Source of the DNA: Pseudothioglobus sp. nBUS_23
GTDB taxonomy: Bacteria > Pseudomonadota > Gammaproteobacteria > PS1 > Pseudothioglobaceae
DNA: 32,000 nucleotides
Reading direction: 5' to 3'
Assembly (NCBI RefSeq): GCF_051201565.1
Contig: NZ_CP179200.1
Location: 360,001 to 392,000, forward strand
How positions within the stretch are numbered: position 1 is the stretch's first letter; every line of letters starts with the position of its first letter. The position numbers and the translations under genes were made by a program. This document shows, in pieces, positions 18,830-27,285 of the stretch. The notes beneath the pieces were generated by a model, which saw nothing but the letters and a program-made list of their open reading frames with translations, made no database searches and was not told the origin of the DNA.

Positions 18830-20479
18830 GTGATAAAGTTTAATTATCTAAATAAAATATTAGAAGTTGTATCACAAAGATATGCCTTTAATCTTTTGTT
18901 TATTTCAATAATTATAAGCTTGATGGAGTTTATATCCATTTTTTCAATATATCCAGTTTTTTACTATCTAGAAAATCAAGAATTAGTAAATAACGAGCTT
19001 TATAAGAATTTTATATTTGATATATCAAGTTTTTTACCTCTTTCAATGTTTCAAATAGTAGTAATAATTTCATGTATTTTTTTAATATTGACAAACTTAA
19101 TGGTTTTTTTAAGAAACTTATCAAAATCTAAAATTAAGGAGAGCATTGTTAGTAGAAATAGAGAGTATGTTCTTTCATTAATTGCCAACACTTCAATCAA
19201 TAATTTTAAAAAAATTGATGCCAATATTGTTCAATCTTACTTAAGTGTTGAGGGTGAGCGTGTTGCCCAGATAGTACTTAGCTTTACAAATTTGATCTCA
19301 GCACTTCTTGTAATACTTTTATTCTCTATTTATTTAATCTATCTTGATTATTTTCTACTAGTTTTTTTAGGATTAACTTCCACTTTTTTATACTTAATGC
19401 TTCAAAATTCATATAAAAAATCAAAAATTTATGGGAAGGCACTCTCTGATACTAATACAAGCTATATTAAGTACATTCAAAACATAATGACTGAAAAAGT
19501 TTTTTTTATGCTCTCAAAGATAGAGGCTGTAAATAAAGGACTAAGTGTAGATGTTGTAAAAAAATTACATCTATATCAGTTCGAAATCCAAAAAAGAATG
19601 GCTTATATTGAATTTGTCATAAAAACTTCTACAATGCTCTCAATTTTGTTTGTAGTTTACATTTTCTATATTCAAGAATTCGAGCTGTCACTGATATTAT
19701 TTATTGGTGTAATGTTTGTTAGATTGATTCCTTTTATGAATCAATTTGGAAATGCGCTACAGAATCTTAAATCAAATATTCCATTGATTGATAAGCTTAT
19801 GCAAATTGAATCAATTATGAAAAAGGTTAAATCAGTAAACCTTGAGGATTTTGAAATAAATGAATTAAAGGTTATTTCAAAGTTTTTGATAAGCTCATTT
19901 AGCGAGAAAAACTCTTATGAAGTAACAATGGTGCCAGGGAATATTTATGGATTATATGGGCCTTCTGGGATTGGTAAGACAACCTTGGCAGAGTCAATGT
20001 TGGGGCTAAATACTTTTAAAGATTCAAAAGTTTTACTGAATAATGAGTTAATAGTTTCATCTATTAAAAGTCAAACCATTCTTAAAAATAGTCTATACAT
20101 GTCCCAACATATAATTCCTAATGAATTTACAATTGGAGAATTATTTAAAGATATTGATTCAAACAAAATTAATAACCTCTTTAGTAAATTACAGCTCGAT
20201 AGTTCAAACCTCACTGAGTTGTATTTAAGAAAGCTTTCATCTTTTTCGGGTGGCGAACAACAAAGATTATCTTTCATTTATGCATTACTTAGTGAAAAGA
20301 AAATTATTATTTTTGATGAGCCTTCAAGTGCTATTAACGAAGATATATCCTTGATAATGCTAGATTTACTAAGAGATTATGTAAAAGAGTATAACGCTAT
20401 AGTGGTTATAATTTCACATGATAGTGTCCTCAAAGCCAATATAGATTCATTTATATCAATTAGTGAAGAGTCGAAATGA
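18830..20479 (+). CDS. ABC exporter, fused TMD-NBD half-transporter (type I exporter, MsbA-like)
   Basis: The N-terminal 300 aa or so are hydrophobic. The NBD has Walker A GPSGIGKTT, signature FSGGEQQR, Walker B IIIFDEPSS and H-loop ISHD. GTG start. Confidence 0.8.
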   Translation: MIKFNYLNKILEVVSQRYAFNLLFISIIISLMEFISIFSIYPVFYYLENQELVNNELYKNFIFDISSFLPLSMFQIVVIISCIFLILTNLMVFLRNLSKSKIKESIVSRNREYVLSLIANTSINNFKKIDANIVQSYLSVEGERVAQIVLSFTNLISALLVILLFSIYLIYLDYFLLVFLGLTSTFLYLMLQNSYKKSKIYGKALSDTNTSYIKYIQNIMTEKVFFMLSKIEAVNKGLSVDVVKKLHLYQFEIQKRMAYIEFVIKTSTMLSILFVVYIFYIQEFELSLILFIGVMFVRLIPFMNQFGNALQNLKSNIPLIDKLMQIESIMKKVKSVNLEDFEINELKVISKFLISSFSEKNSYEVTMVPGNIYGLYGPSGIGKTTLAESMLGLNTFKDSKVLLNNELIVSSIKSQTILKNSLYMSQHIIPNEFTIGELFKDIDSNKINNLFSKLQLDSSNLTELYLRKLSSFSGGEQQRLSFIYALLSEKKIIIFDEPSSAINEDISLIMLDLLRDYVKEYNAIVVIISHDSVLKANIDSFISISEESK

Positions 20480-22518
20480 TCAAGAGTTTTTTTAATAATA
20501 TTAGATTTTTAGTTCTAAAGTTTAAGATAAAAAAATCTTTGTCCTTATCAACTGAGTTACAAGTAAAAAGTCTTAAGGTAATTTCTTACAATGGACGATC
20601 CTGTTCTTTAAGCTTTAAAGACAAAAAAAGTAAAGATAAGTTTTTTTTAAAGTTTTTTTTGCGTTCCAATACAAGTAATATTCAAGTTTCTGATTTGGTT
20701 TCTAAAAAGTACCAATTAGTTAATCTCCTCTCTGAAGAAAATTTAATTACTTATAAGTGCTTTAAGTTTGATCATCTGAAAGATTCATATGTTCGAAATT
20801 TCCTACCTGGAGTGGTTTTCTCTGAATACATTGATACATTAAATTATAGTGACTTCGAATCTAAGATTTCTGAATTATTAGTTTATATTGACAAAGTGCT
20901 AAATTGTATGGAAAGAAATTCACTTCTATATTGTTTAGATTTGAGACTTGATAATTTCATAATATTAAACAGCGGCAGAATTAATATTATTGATTTGGAT
21001 TTATCTCACACTAATGCGACAACTACAAATATATACAATGCAAATACTATGCATCAAACCGAATTTAAATCTCATACATATGCAAAGTTTTTTGAAAAAG
21101 TCTTACCAACTTTAGGCAAACCTTATCAAAATATATTTTATAACTTGTTTAAAAGAGAGATTTTTGATTTAAAAGACTTTAGAGGGGCATTGCTATCTAG
21201 GTTTTTTTATTCTGAAGCTAGTAATAGTTTTGATAATTTCATTCTAGATAATTATTTAAATTTTTCTGATGACTTAATATCTTTTTCTAATATAAGTGTT
21301 AAACAAAAACTCGAAGAAACTTTATCAGAATTAAATTTTGGTACTTATTTGGTTGCTAGAAGATATGATTGGCTTATTAATGATAGTAAGTTCAACAGTA
21401 AAGATATAGATATTTATTGTAGAGAAGAACACATTTTAGAAATAGTAACGGTCTTCAAGAGAAATGGATGGGATATCTATAATGGAAAAATTAAACAGTA
21501 TTTTGATCATCATGAAATGCTTGTTAAAATTGATTTAAGGACTGATAGTGAAAAAAGATATAAACTTAAAATTAATGATCTTTTTAAACGATCAGAACAA
21601 TTTAACAATATTCAAATAATTGGCGAGATTGACTATCATGAAATAATGATATCAAATTTATTATATTTTAAAAAGTACATAAAATCCAGCTACTTTAAAG
21701 AGTTTACTGAATTCTATCCTAATTCCGCACAAAGTTTTAAAGATAAATATCTGTTCTTATTGGAATATGATTTTTATGAATATGGGGATAAATTATTTTT
21801 GAGTATTTTCTTTAAGTACAGGCGAATTTTTGGGGATTTTTGGAATCATAAAAGTCTTATTCTTCTTGGTGCAGATGGTGCAGGAAAGTCAACATTCTCT
21901 TATCTCTTATATAAAAACATATCTTTGCTTTTCAAAACAAAAAGAAAGTATTATGGGGGTTTCTTTTATCCATCAGGTAGAACAAATTTATTTTTATTAA
22001 AAACTTCAATTTTTTTTAAAGGTGCTAAATTAATTAAAGATTTAATTAAGGCTAACTTCACTCCAAAAAAATCAATTAATCTTTCTCCAAGTATTGATGG
22101 ATTTTCTGCATGGAGAAAATTATCTGTAATCAATAAACCTAGCATACAATTATTTTTTCTTTTCTTATTGCCAATTTTTATTTTAGACATATGGTTGCAT
22201 AAAACTTTACATAGATTTTCCACAAATAGGCTATATATCTGTGATAGGTATTATGATGATATTCTTATAAATTTCACATCACCTCTTATAAGAAAATTAA
22301 TTAGATTTATTCTTCCCAGGCCTAATTTATCTTTCTACTTTTATACAACTCCGGAACTACATTTTGATAGAAAAAAAAATGAAAATATTGAAATGATTGT
22401 TCATATGCAATCTTGTTATAGTGAAAATTATAAATATCATCTTAGGCTTCCAACTAATGCTAATAAATCCTTTATTGGAAAAAAGATTATTGCAATGTCA
22501 ATTAATAATTTGAAATGA
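20476..22518 (+). CDS. 680-aa multidomain protein of unknown function: an N-terminal protein-kinase-like (choline-kinase/APH/LPS-kinase type) region, a central Pol-beta-type nucleotidyltransferase-like region, and a C-terminal P-loop (thymidylate-kinase-like) region
   Basis: LDLRLDNFII (D-x4-N, nt 20938-20955) plus IIDLD (20989-21000). DIDIYCREEHILEIVTVFKRNGWDIY. Walker A GADGAGKST (21868-21894) and ICDRYYDD. ATGA overlap with the ABC exporter. The domain calls are motif-level only. Confidence 0.4.
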   Translation: MIKSFFNNIRFLVLKFKIKKSLSLSTELQVKSLKVISYNGRSCSLSFKDKKSKDKFFLKFFLRSNTSNIQVSDLVSKKYQLVNLLSEENLITYKCFKFDHLKDSYVRNFLPGVVFSEYIDTLNYSDFESKISELLVYIDKVLNCMERNSLLYCLDLRLDNFIILNSGRINIIDLDLSHTNATTTNIYNANTMHQTEFKSHTYAKFFEKVLPTLGKPYQNIFYNLFKREIFDLKDFRGALLSRFFYSEASNSFDNFILDNYLNFSDDLISFSNISVKQKLEETLSELNFGTYLVARRYDWLINDSKFNSKDIDIYCREEHILEIVTVFKRNGWDIYNGKIKQYFDHHEMLVKIDLRTDSEKRYKLKINDLFKRSEQFNNIQIIGEIDYHEIMISNLLYFKKYIKSSYFKEFTEFYPNSAQSFKDKYLFLLEYDFYEYGDKLFLSIFFKYRRIFGDFWNHKSLILLGADGAGKSTFSYLLYKNISLLFKTKRKYYGGFFYPSGRTNLFLLKTSIFFKGAKLIKDLIKANFTPKKSINLSPSIDGFSAWRKLSVINKPSIQLFFLFLLPIFILDIWLHKTLHRFSTNRLYICDRYYDDILINFTSPLIRKLIRFILPRPNLSFYFYTTPELHFDRKKNENIEMIVHMQSCYSENYKYHLRLPTNANKSFIGKKIIAMSINNLK

Positions 22519-22545
22519 GACGTGTCATAATATGCAACTCTAATT

Positions 22546-23796
22546 ATGAAGCATGATAGTTTTCAAATTCCCCAGCCATCTAAAATTAGAGTTGCTTCGA
22601 TTACTCCTTTTTGGAGAATTAATGAATTTTTAGCAATAATCAAAAACTTCTTTATCAAAAATGGTACTAAATTACAACAAGAGATCTCAAAAGAATTAAA
22701 AGATATCCATAATATTCCTTTTGAATATTGTTATTTTTTTGATTCTGGAAGAAGTGCTATTTACTTCAGTTTAATTTCACTTGGCCTTAAAAAGGGGGAT
22801 AAAGTAATTATTCCTTCATTTACATGCAGGGCTTTATTATTTGCACTATTTGAGGCTGGGGTTGAGCCTATTTTTGGTGATATTGATGAAGATTATAATT
22901 TGGATTTAAAGAGCCTAGTTTTTGAATGTGATTTGAAAGATGTTAAGGCCATAATTATTCCAAATATGTTTGGAAAGATGAATTGCGAGTATGAATTACT
23001 TAAAAAATTAAAAACTAAGGGGATTATAGTTATTGAAGATAATGCTACTTCATTTGGAACTTCATATGATAGTGAGATACTCTCTGATGCATTGATTTAC
23101 AGTTTCAATTTAGGAAAGATGATTAATGGTTCTGGTGGAGGTCTTGTATATATGAGACATAATGTCAGTTTAGATGAATTTAATGAATTTAAGAGTCAAA
23201 AGAGATCAAAAGTAGTATTAAGATTTCTCAGAGAGTTAGTTAGTTTAAGGTTCAGAAAACAGACATCGGTGATTATTAGCTTCTTTAGAAGAAGAATAAA
23301 CATGCAAAAATCTTTAGACGACTATTACTCTTTTAAGGATAAGGTATCCAATGAAACTCAAAAATATTTTAAGTGTAAAAAAATATCTTTCTTGAGCTTA
23401 ATATTAATATGCTCCCAAATAAAAGATTATGAGAGAATAAGGCTTTCGTATAATAAATTATTTAATAAATATAATTCTAAACTTGGACTAAAAAGCAAGT
23501 TCAAAAAAAATGAGGTTCCTAATTATTTTTTGATTGAAATAAATAAAAAAATCGATAGGTACGAACTTGGGAGTTATTTATCAAATTATGGAATTGAGAC
23601 CTATTGGAGCTATTATCCAATTCATAGAATTAAAATTTATGAAGATATTTTAAGAATTAACAAACTGGATACAACTAATAAAAAATGGAGTAATTTTTTA
23701 TATTTACCTTTTAATCTATTTATTTCTGAAGAAAATATCGATTTTGTTTGTGAAAAATATAAAGAATATATAGAAAGTTATGAAGAATCAAAATAA
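22546..23796 (+). CDS. Divergent DegT/DnrJ/EryC1-like PLP enzyme (aminotransferase or dehydratase type)
   Basis: FDSGRSAIYFSLISLGLKKGDKVIIPSFTCRALL, IEDNATSFGTSY, and a candidate PLP-lysine in YSFNLGKMINGSGGGLV. The C-terminal half is poorly recognisable. Confidence 0.55.
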   Translation: MKHDSFQIPQPSKIRVASITPFWRINEFLAIIKNFFIKNGTKLQQEISKELKDIHNIPFEYCYFFDSGRSAIYFSLISLGLKKGDKVIIPSFTCRALLFALFEAGVEPIFGDIDEDYNLDLKSLVFECDLKDVKAIIIPNMFGKMNCEYELLKKLKTKGIIVIEDNATSFGTSYDSEILSDALIYSFNLGKMINGSGGGLVYMRHNVSLDEFNEFKSQKRSKVVLRFLRELVSLRFRKQTSVIISFFRRRINMQKSLDDYYSFKDKVSNETQKYFKCKKISFLSLILICSQIKDYERIRLSYNKLFNKYNSKLGLKSKFKKNEVPNYFLIEINKKIDRYELGSYLSNYGIETYWSYYPIHRIKIYEDILRINKLDTTNKKWSNFLYLPFNLFISEENIDFVCEKYKEYIESYEESK

Positions 23797-24538
23797 AAAA
23801 ATTTTTTCAGAATATCATAGTGGTAAAAATTTGACTCACGATGCTAGACATCCATATGAAAAAGACTTCATAGAAACCAAAGTTAAATTATTAAAGAAAT
23901 ATTTAAGCTGCAAACAGGGTCAGCAAATATTAGATTTATGTTGTGGAACAGGTGAATATTCCAAATACATAGATACCAAAAAAAACTCATATTATGGACT
24001 TGATTTTTCACAAAATATGCTTGATGAGTTTAAATTAAGTGAAATATATTTTGAAGGCATGAATCTTATTAAAGCAGATGTAAATAAAATCCCTATTACT
24101 AACAATAAGATTGATATTTGTTTTTGCTTTTCTTCTCTATACTATTTTGATGATATTGAGATTGTTCTCAAACAAGTCAACAGAGTTTTATTAACTAGTG
24201 GTGTCGCTATTTTAGAATTTGGAACTAAAAATAATATTAATGCCCATGTAAGTAATTATTGGGCTAAAAATGCGAATTGGGGATATCCATATTTTATTTC
24301 CTATAAAGAAATGTTGAATGCTGTAAATAAGTCAGGATTTAAGATTGTTGAAGAGAGAAATTTTCAATTATTTCCTGTATTGAGAGGCCCTTGGTGGAGT
24401 TTATTAATCGCAAATAGTTTTTTAAGATCGTTTTTGCGAATAAAGTATAAGGACTTATCTATTGATGAGTTAATTTCAAGCTCAAGATTTTGTCAAAAAT
24501 ATGCATTTAAGCACTTATTAGTTCTTGTTAAAAAATAA
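23780..24538 (+). CDS. Class I SAM-dependent methyltransferase
   Basis: ILDLCCGTGEYS (motif I), YGLDFSQNML, VNRVLLTSGVAILEF. 17-nt overlap with the upstream CDS. Confidence 0.75.
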   Translation: MKNQNKKIFSEYHSGKNLTHDARHPYEKDFIETKVKLLKKYLSCKQGQQILDLCCGTGEYSKYIDTKKNSYYGLDFSQNMLDEFKLSEIYFEGMNLIKADVNKIPITNNKIDICFCFSSLYYFDDIEIVLKQVNRVLLTSGVAILEFGTKNNINAHVSNYWAKNANWGYPYFISYKEMLNAVNKSGFKIVEERNFQLFPVLRGPWWSLLIANSFLRSFLRIKYKDLSIDELISSSRFCQKYAFKHLLVLVKK

Positions 24539-24574
24539 AATGCCAATTATTTTCTTTGATAAATTCTTTTCTAC

Positions 24575-25627
24575 TTGAATAATTTTAATATTATGAGTAA
24601 TATTTCATTTATTGAATATGATGGACTTAATAAAAAAAATTCATTGATTCTAGAGAAGTTTTTAAGTGAAAATGATTTTGAATTAAATACCCTATTAATT
24701 TCGCCAATATGGATAAGTAAATTAATAACTAAATATAATATCTCTTGTCAATTGATAATCTTTTATGAAAAAGATGAAGTAATTGCATTTCACATAAGAC
24801 TTAATGAATTTAGAGGATATATTAGAGTAAGAAATTATCCATTTCTTATGCGAAGTCTTCTTACCCCCATTTTGAAATTATTTTTTTCTTATTCAATGTG
24901 GAGATATTCATTAATAACTAAACAAAATATTTCTTCTGAGAATTTGCAGTATATTAATAATTGCTTAGAAATAAGTATTAATAGAATTAGACATGTTAAG
25001 TTCTCTCCAATTTATGACACTCAAAATACAAATTTTGATAATAAAGAAATTTCTAAATGGGCTACATATATAGTTAATCTTCGATCTAAGACATACTTTG
25101 ATATAAATACTCTATTTTCAAGAAGCCTTAAAAGATCTTTAAAAAAAATAAGAAATAACACCTCTATTACTTGTGAAAGACTAGATTTTTCTGATAAGAA
25201 AACAGTTAAAAATTTTGTAAATTGGGTTCAAATTATTCAAAAAAATACTGGAAAAAAAATTAAATATGATGCTGAAATATTAATTCAAGATCAAAAGGAT
25301 TTTTCAGATAAAAAATTTATTTATGAAATTTTTTTGGTTAAGTTAAATCTGGATACAATTCTAGGTTCTATGGTTATTTACGGGGATAGGAATTATGTAA
25401 ATGAGGCAGAGCTAAATATTTCTTTGGATGCAAAAAAAATGAATATTATTTGTCAAGATTTAATTCGAGATGAAGTGATTAAATTTTGTATTAAAAATGG
25501 CGTAAGTTTTTATGATTTGTCAGGATTTAATCCCAATAAAAATAGAAGTAAAAAAGAAGAGGGGATAAGATTTGGCAAGGCAAAATTTAATGCTAATGAG
25601 TTTCATTATTCGATTTTGAACCGGTAA
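24575..25627 (+). CDS. FemAB-like/GNAT-fold acyl- or aminoacyl-transferase (Acetyltransf_6-like). Tentative.
   Basis: 350 aa. The central SLKRSLKKIRNN..ITCERL and C-terminal CQDLIRDEVIKFCIKNGVSFYDLSGFNP resemble the FemAB/BioF2-like family layout. The start may be TTG at 24575 or ATG at 24593. Confidence 0.4.
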   Translation: MNNFNIMSNISFIEYDGLNKKNSLILEKFLSENDFELNTLLISPIWISKLITKYNISCQLIIFYEKDEVIAFHIRLNEFRGYIRVRNYPFLMRSLLTPILKLFFSYSMWRYSLITKQNISSENLQYINNCLEISINRIRHVKFSPIYDTQNTNFDNKEISKWATYIVNLRSKTYFDINTLFSRSLKRSLKKIRNNTSITCERLDFSDKKTVKNFVNWVQIIQKNTGKKIKYDAEILIQDQKDFSDKKFIYEIFLVKLNLDTILGSMVIYGDRNYVNEAELNISLDAKKMNIICQDLIRDEVIKFCIKNGVSFYDLSGFNPNKNRSKKEEGIRFGKAKFNANEFHYSILNR

Positions 25628-25655
25628 AATTTTGGTTATATTTTCTTAAAAAATC

Positions 25656-26702
25656 ATGATCAGTAGTTTAAACAAAAAAATCCGGATTGCAGTTTTAGGT
25701 TGTGGGCGAATATCTCAAAGTCATTTTGACTCTATTCAAAAGCATAAAGTAGATTTTGATTTGATTTCAGTCTGTGATAGTGATTATGAAGTTTTATCAA
25801 GGAGTGAAAAAAAATATGGTGTAAAAGGCTATCTAAAATTAATAGAAATGTTAGAAAACGAGTCTTTAGATCTTGTGGTAATTTGTACGCCAAGTGGCTT
25901 TCATGCAAGACAAGCTGAGTTGTGTGCTAAATATGGTGTTCATGTAATGACTGAAAAGCCAATGGCAACAAGCTGGAAAGATGGCGTGAAAATGGTTAAA
26001 ACTTGTAATAGGTCTGGCGTACATCTATTTGTTGTTAAGCAAAATAGAAAAAATCCCACTCTTCAACTGCTAAAGCGAGCTGTAAAAGAAGAACGTTTTG
26101 GTAAGATTAATTTAGTTCACTTAAATGTTTTTTGGACCCGCCCGCAAAGTTATTATGATCAAGCTGATTGGAGGGGAACATGGGAATTAGATGGTGGCGC
26201 TTTTATGAATCAAGCAAGCCATTATGTGGATCTTTTAGAGTGGTTAATTGGCCCAGTTGAGAAGGTTCAAGCAATGATTAACACTTCACTTGATATTGAA
26301 GTGGAAGATACCGGTGTTATGAACTTAAAATGGAGAAATGGTGCGTTGGGTTCAATGAGTGTGACAATGTTGACTTACCCAAAAAATATAGAGGGAAGCA
26401 TTACTATTCTTGGCGATAAGGGTTCTGCTAGAGTAGGCGGTGAAGCTGTAAATAAAATTGAATATTGGAAATTTAGTGACTCAAAGGATTATGATTTTGA
26501 TATCACAAATAACAACTATAAAATAGATTCTGTTTATGGATTTGGACATATCAAATACTATGAGAATGTCATCAAAGTTCTTCGGGGTAATGCCAAGCCT
26601 GAAGTAGATGGTCGTGAAGGGCTTAAGTCATTAGAGATAATTATTGCTGCATACCTCTCTGCTAGAGATGGAATGATTATTTCATTACCTTTGGATTATT
26701 AA
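25656..26702 (+). CDS. wlbA: Gfo/Idh/MocA oxidoreductase: UDP-N-acetyl-2-amino-2-deoxy-glucuronate 3-dehydrogenase (WlbA/WbpB type)
   Basis: [104 protein letters not shown]. It sits immediately upstream of wlbB and wlbC, in the same order as in Bordetella. Confidence 0.8.
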   Translation: MISSLNKKIRIAVLGCGRISQSHFDSIQKHKVDFDLISVCDSDYEVLSRSEKKYGVKGYLKLIEMLENESLDLVVICTPSGFHARQAELCAKYGVHVMTEKPMATSWKDGVKMVKTCNRSGVHLFVVKQNRKNPTLQLLKRAVKEERFGKINLVHLNVFWTRPQSYYDQADWRGTWELDGGAFMNQASHYVDLLEWLIGPVEKVQAMINTSLDIEVEDTGVMNLKWRNGALGSMSVTMLTYPKNIEGSITILGDKGSARVGGEAVNKIEYWKFSDSKDYDFDITNNNYKIDSVYGFGHIKYYENVIKVLRGNAKPEVDGREGLKSLEIIIAAYLSARDGMIISLPLDY

Positions 26703-26703
26703 T

Positions 26704-27282
26704 ATGGATTTTCAAGCTCATCAAACAGCAATTATTGATAAGGGAGCTCAAATTGGGGCAGGCACCAAAGTTTGGCATTGGGTTCATATATCCGCTAATG
26801 CAATTATTGGTGAGAATGTTACCCTTGGGCAAAATGTTTTTGTTGGTAATAAAGTTAAAATTGATGACAACTGTAAAATTCAGAATAATGTTTCTATTTA
26901 TGATGGGGTGTATCTTGAGGAGGCTGTATTTTGTGGACCAAGTGTGGTGTTTACAAATGTTTACAACCCTCGATCATTAATTAATAGAAAAGATGAATAT
27001 CGGCCAACTAATGTAAAAAGAGGGGCAACTTTAGGGGCAAATTCTACAATTTTATGTGGTCTAACGATAGGTGAATTTTCATTTATAGGTGCAGGTTCCA
27101 CTGTTCTTAAAGATGTGCCCGCTTTTGCATTAGTTGTTGGATCACCCGCAAAACAGATTGGATGGGTTGGAGAGTATGGAGAAAAATTAGATTTACCCTT
27201 GTCTGGAAATATGGAATTAGTTTGTAAAAATACAAACCAAAAATATAAATTAACTGGTGACACTCTTTATAGAGTTTTTTAG
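26704..27282 (+). CDS. wlbB: Left-handed beta-helix N-acetyltransferase: UDP-2-acetamido-3-amino-2,3-dideoxy-glucuronate N-acetyltransferase (WlbB/WbpD type)
   Basis: [79 protein letters not shown] ... [13 protein letters not shown] ... [23 protein letters not shown]. This matches my recollection of the WlbB family closely. Confidence 0.9.
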   Translation: MDFQAHQTAIIDKGAQIGAGTKVWHWVHISANAIIGENVTLGQNVFVGNKVKIDDNCKIQNNVSIYDGVYLEEAVFCGPSVVFTNVYNPRSLINRKDEYRPTNVKRGATLGANSTILCGLTIGEFSFIGAGSTVLKDVPAFALVVGSPAKQIGWVGEYGEKLDLPLSGNMELVCKNTNQKYKLTGDTLYRVF

Positions 27283-27285
27283 TTT

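Noticed and set aside
18830-20479. Reading the ABC exporter as a bacteriocin or peptide exporter
   Set aside because: There is no N-terminal C39 peptidase domain, no adjacent small precursor-peptide ORFs and no accessory HlyD-type gene. The neighbours are glycan or head-group enzymes.
7115-22379. Homopolymer tracts inside CDSs as possible phase-variation switches: A9 at 7115-7123, 8643-8651, 17432-17440 and 22371-22379; T8+T8 at 20641-20648 and 20653-20660
   Set aside because: Runs of 8-9 A or T, encoding Lys or Phe, are frequent throughout this very AT-rich sequence. They are not concentrated near 5' ends of particular genes except 8643. Without population data there is no evidence of length variation.
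18830-22518. Reading the ABC ATPase and the kinase/NTase/P-loop protein as an anti-phage defence or toxin-type system
   Set aside because: This reading is not excluded, but the context disfavours it. The genes are translationally coupled to head-group activation enzymes and lie inside a split sugar pathway. I recognise no nuclease, protease, TIR, Sir2 or other effector-like domain. The possibility is kept only as an alternative under the tri-domain finding.
26735-26980. Same-strand 81-aa ORF in an alternative frame inside wlbB
   Set aside because: It is fully embedded in the strongly supported acetyltransferase CDS. Its translation has no recognisable features, and nothing suggests a frameshift site.
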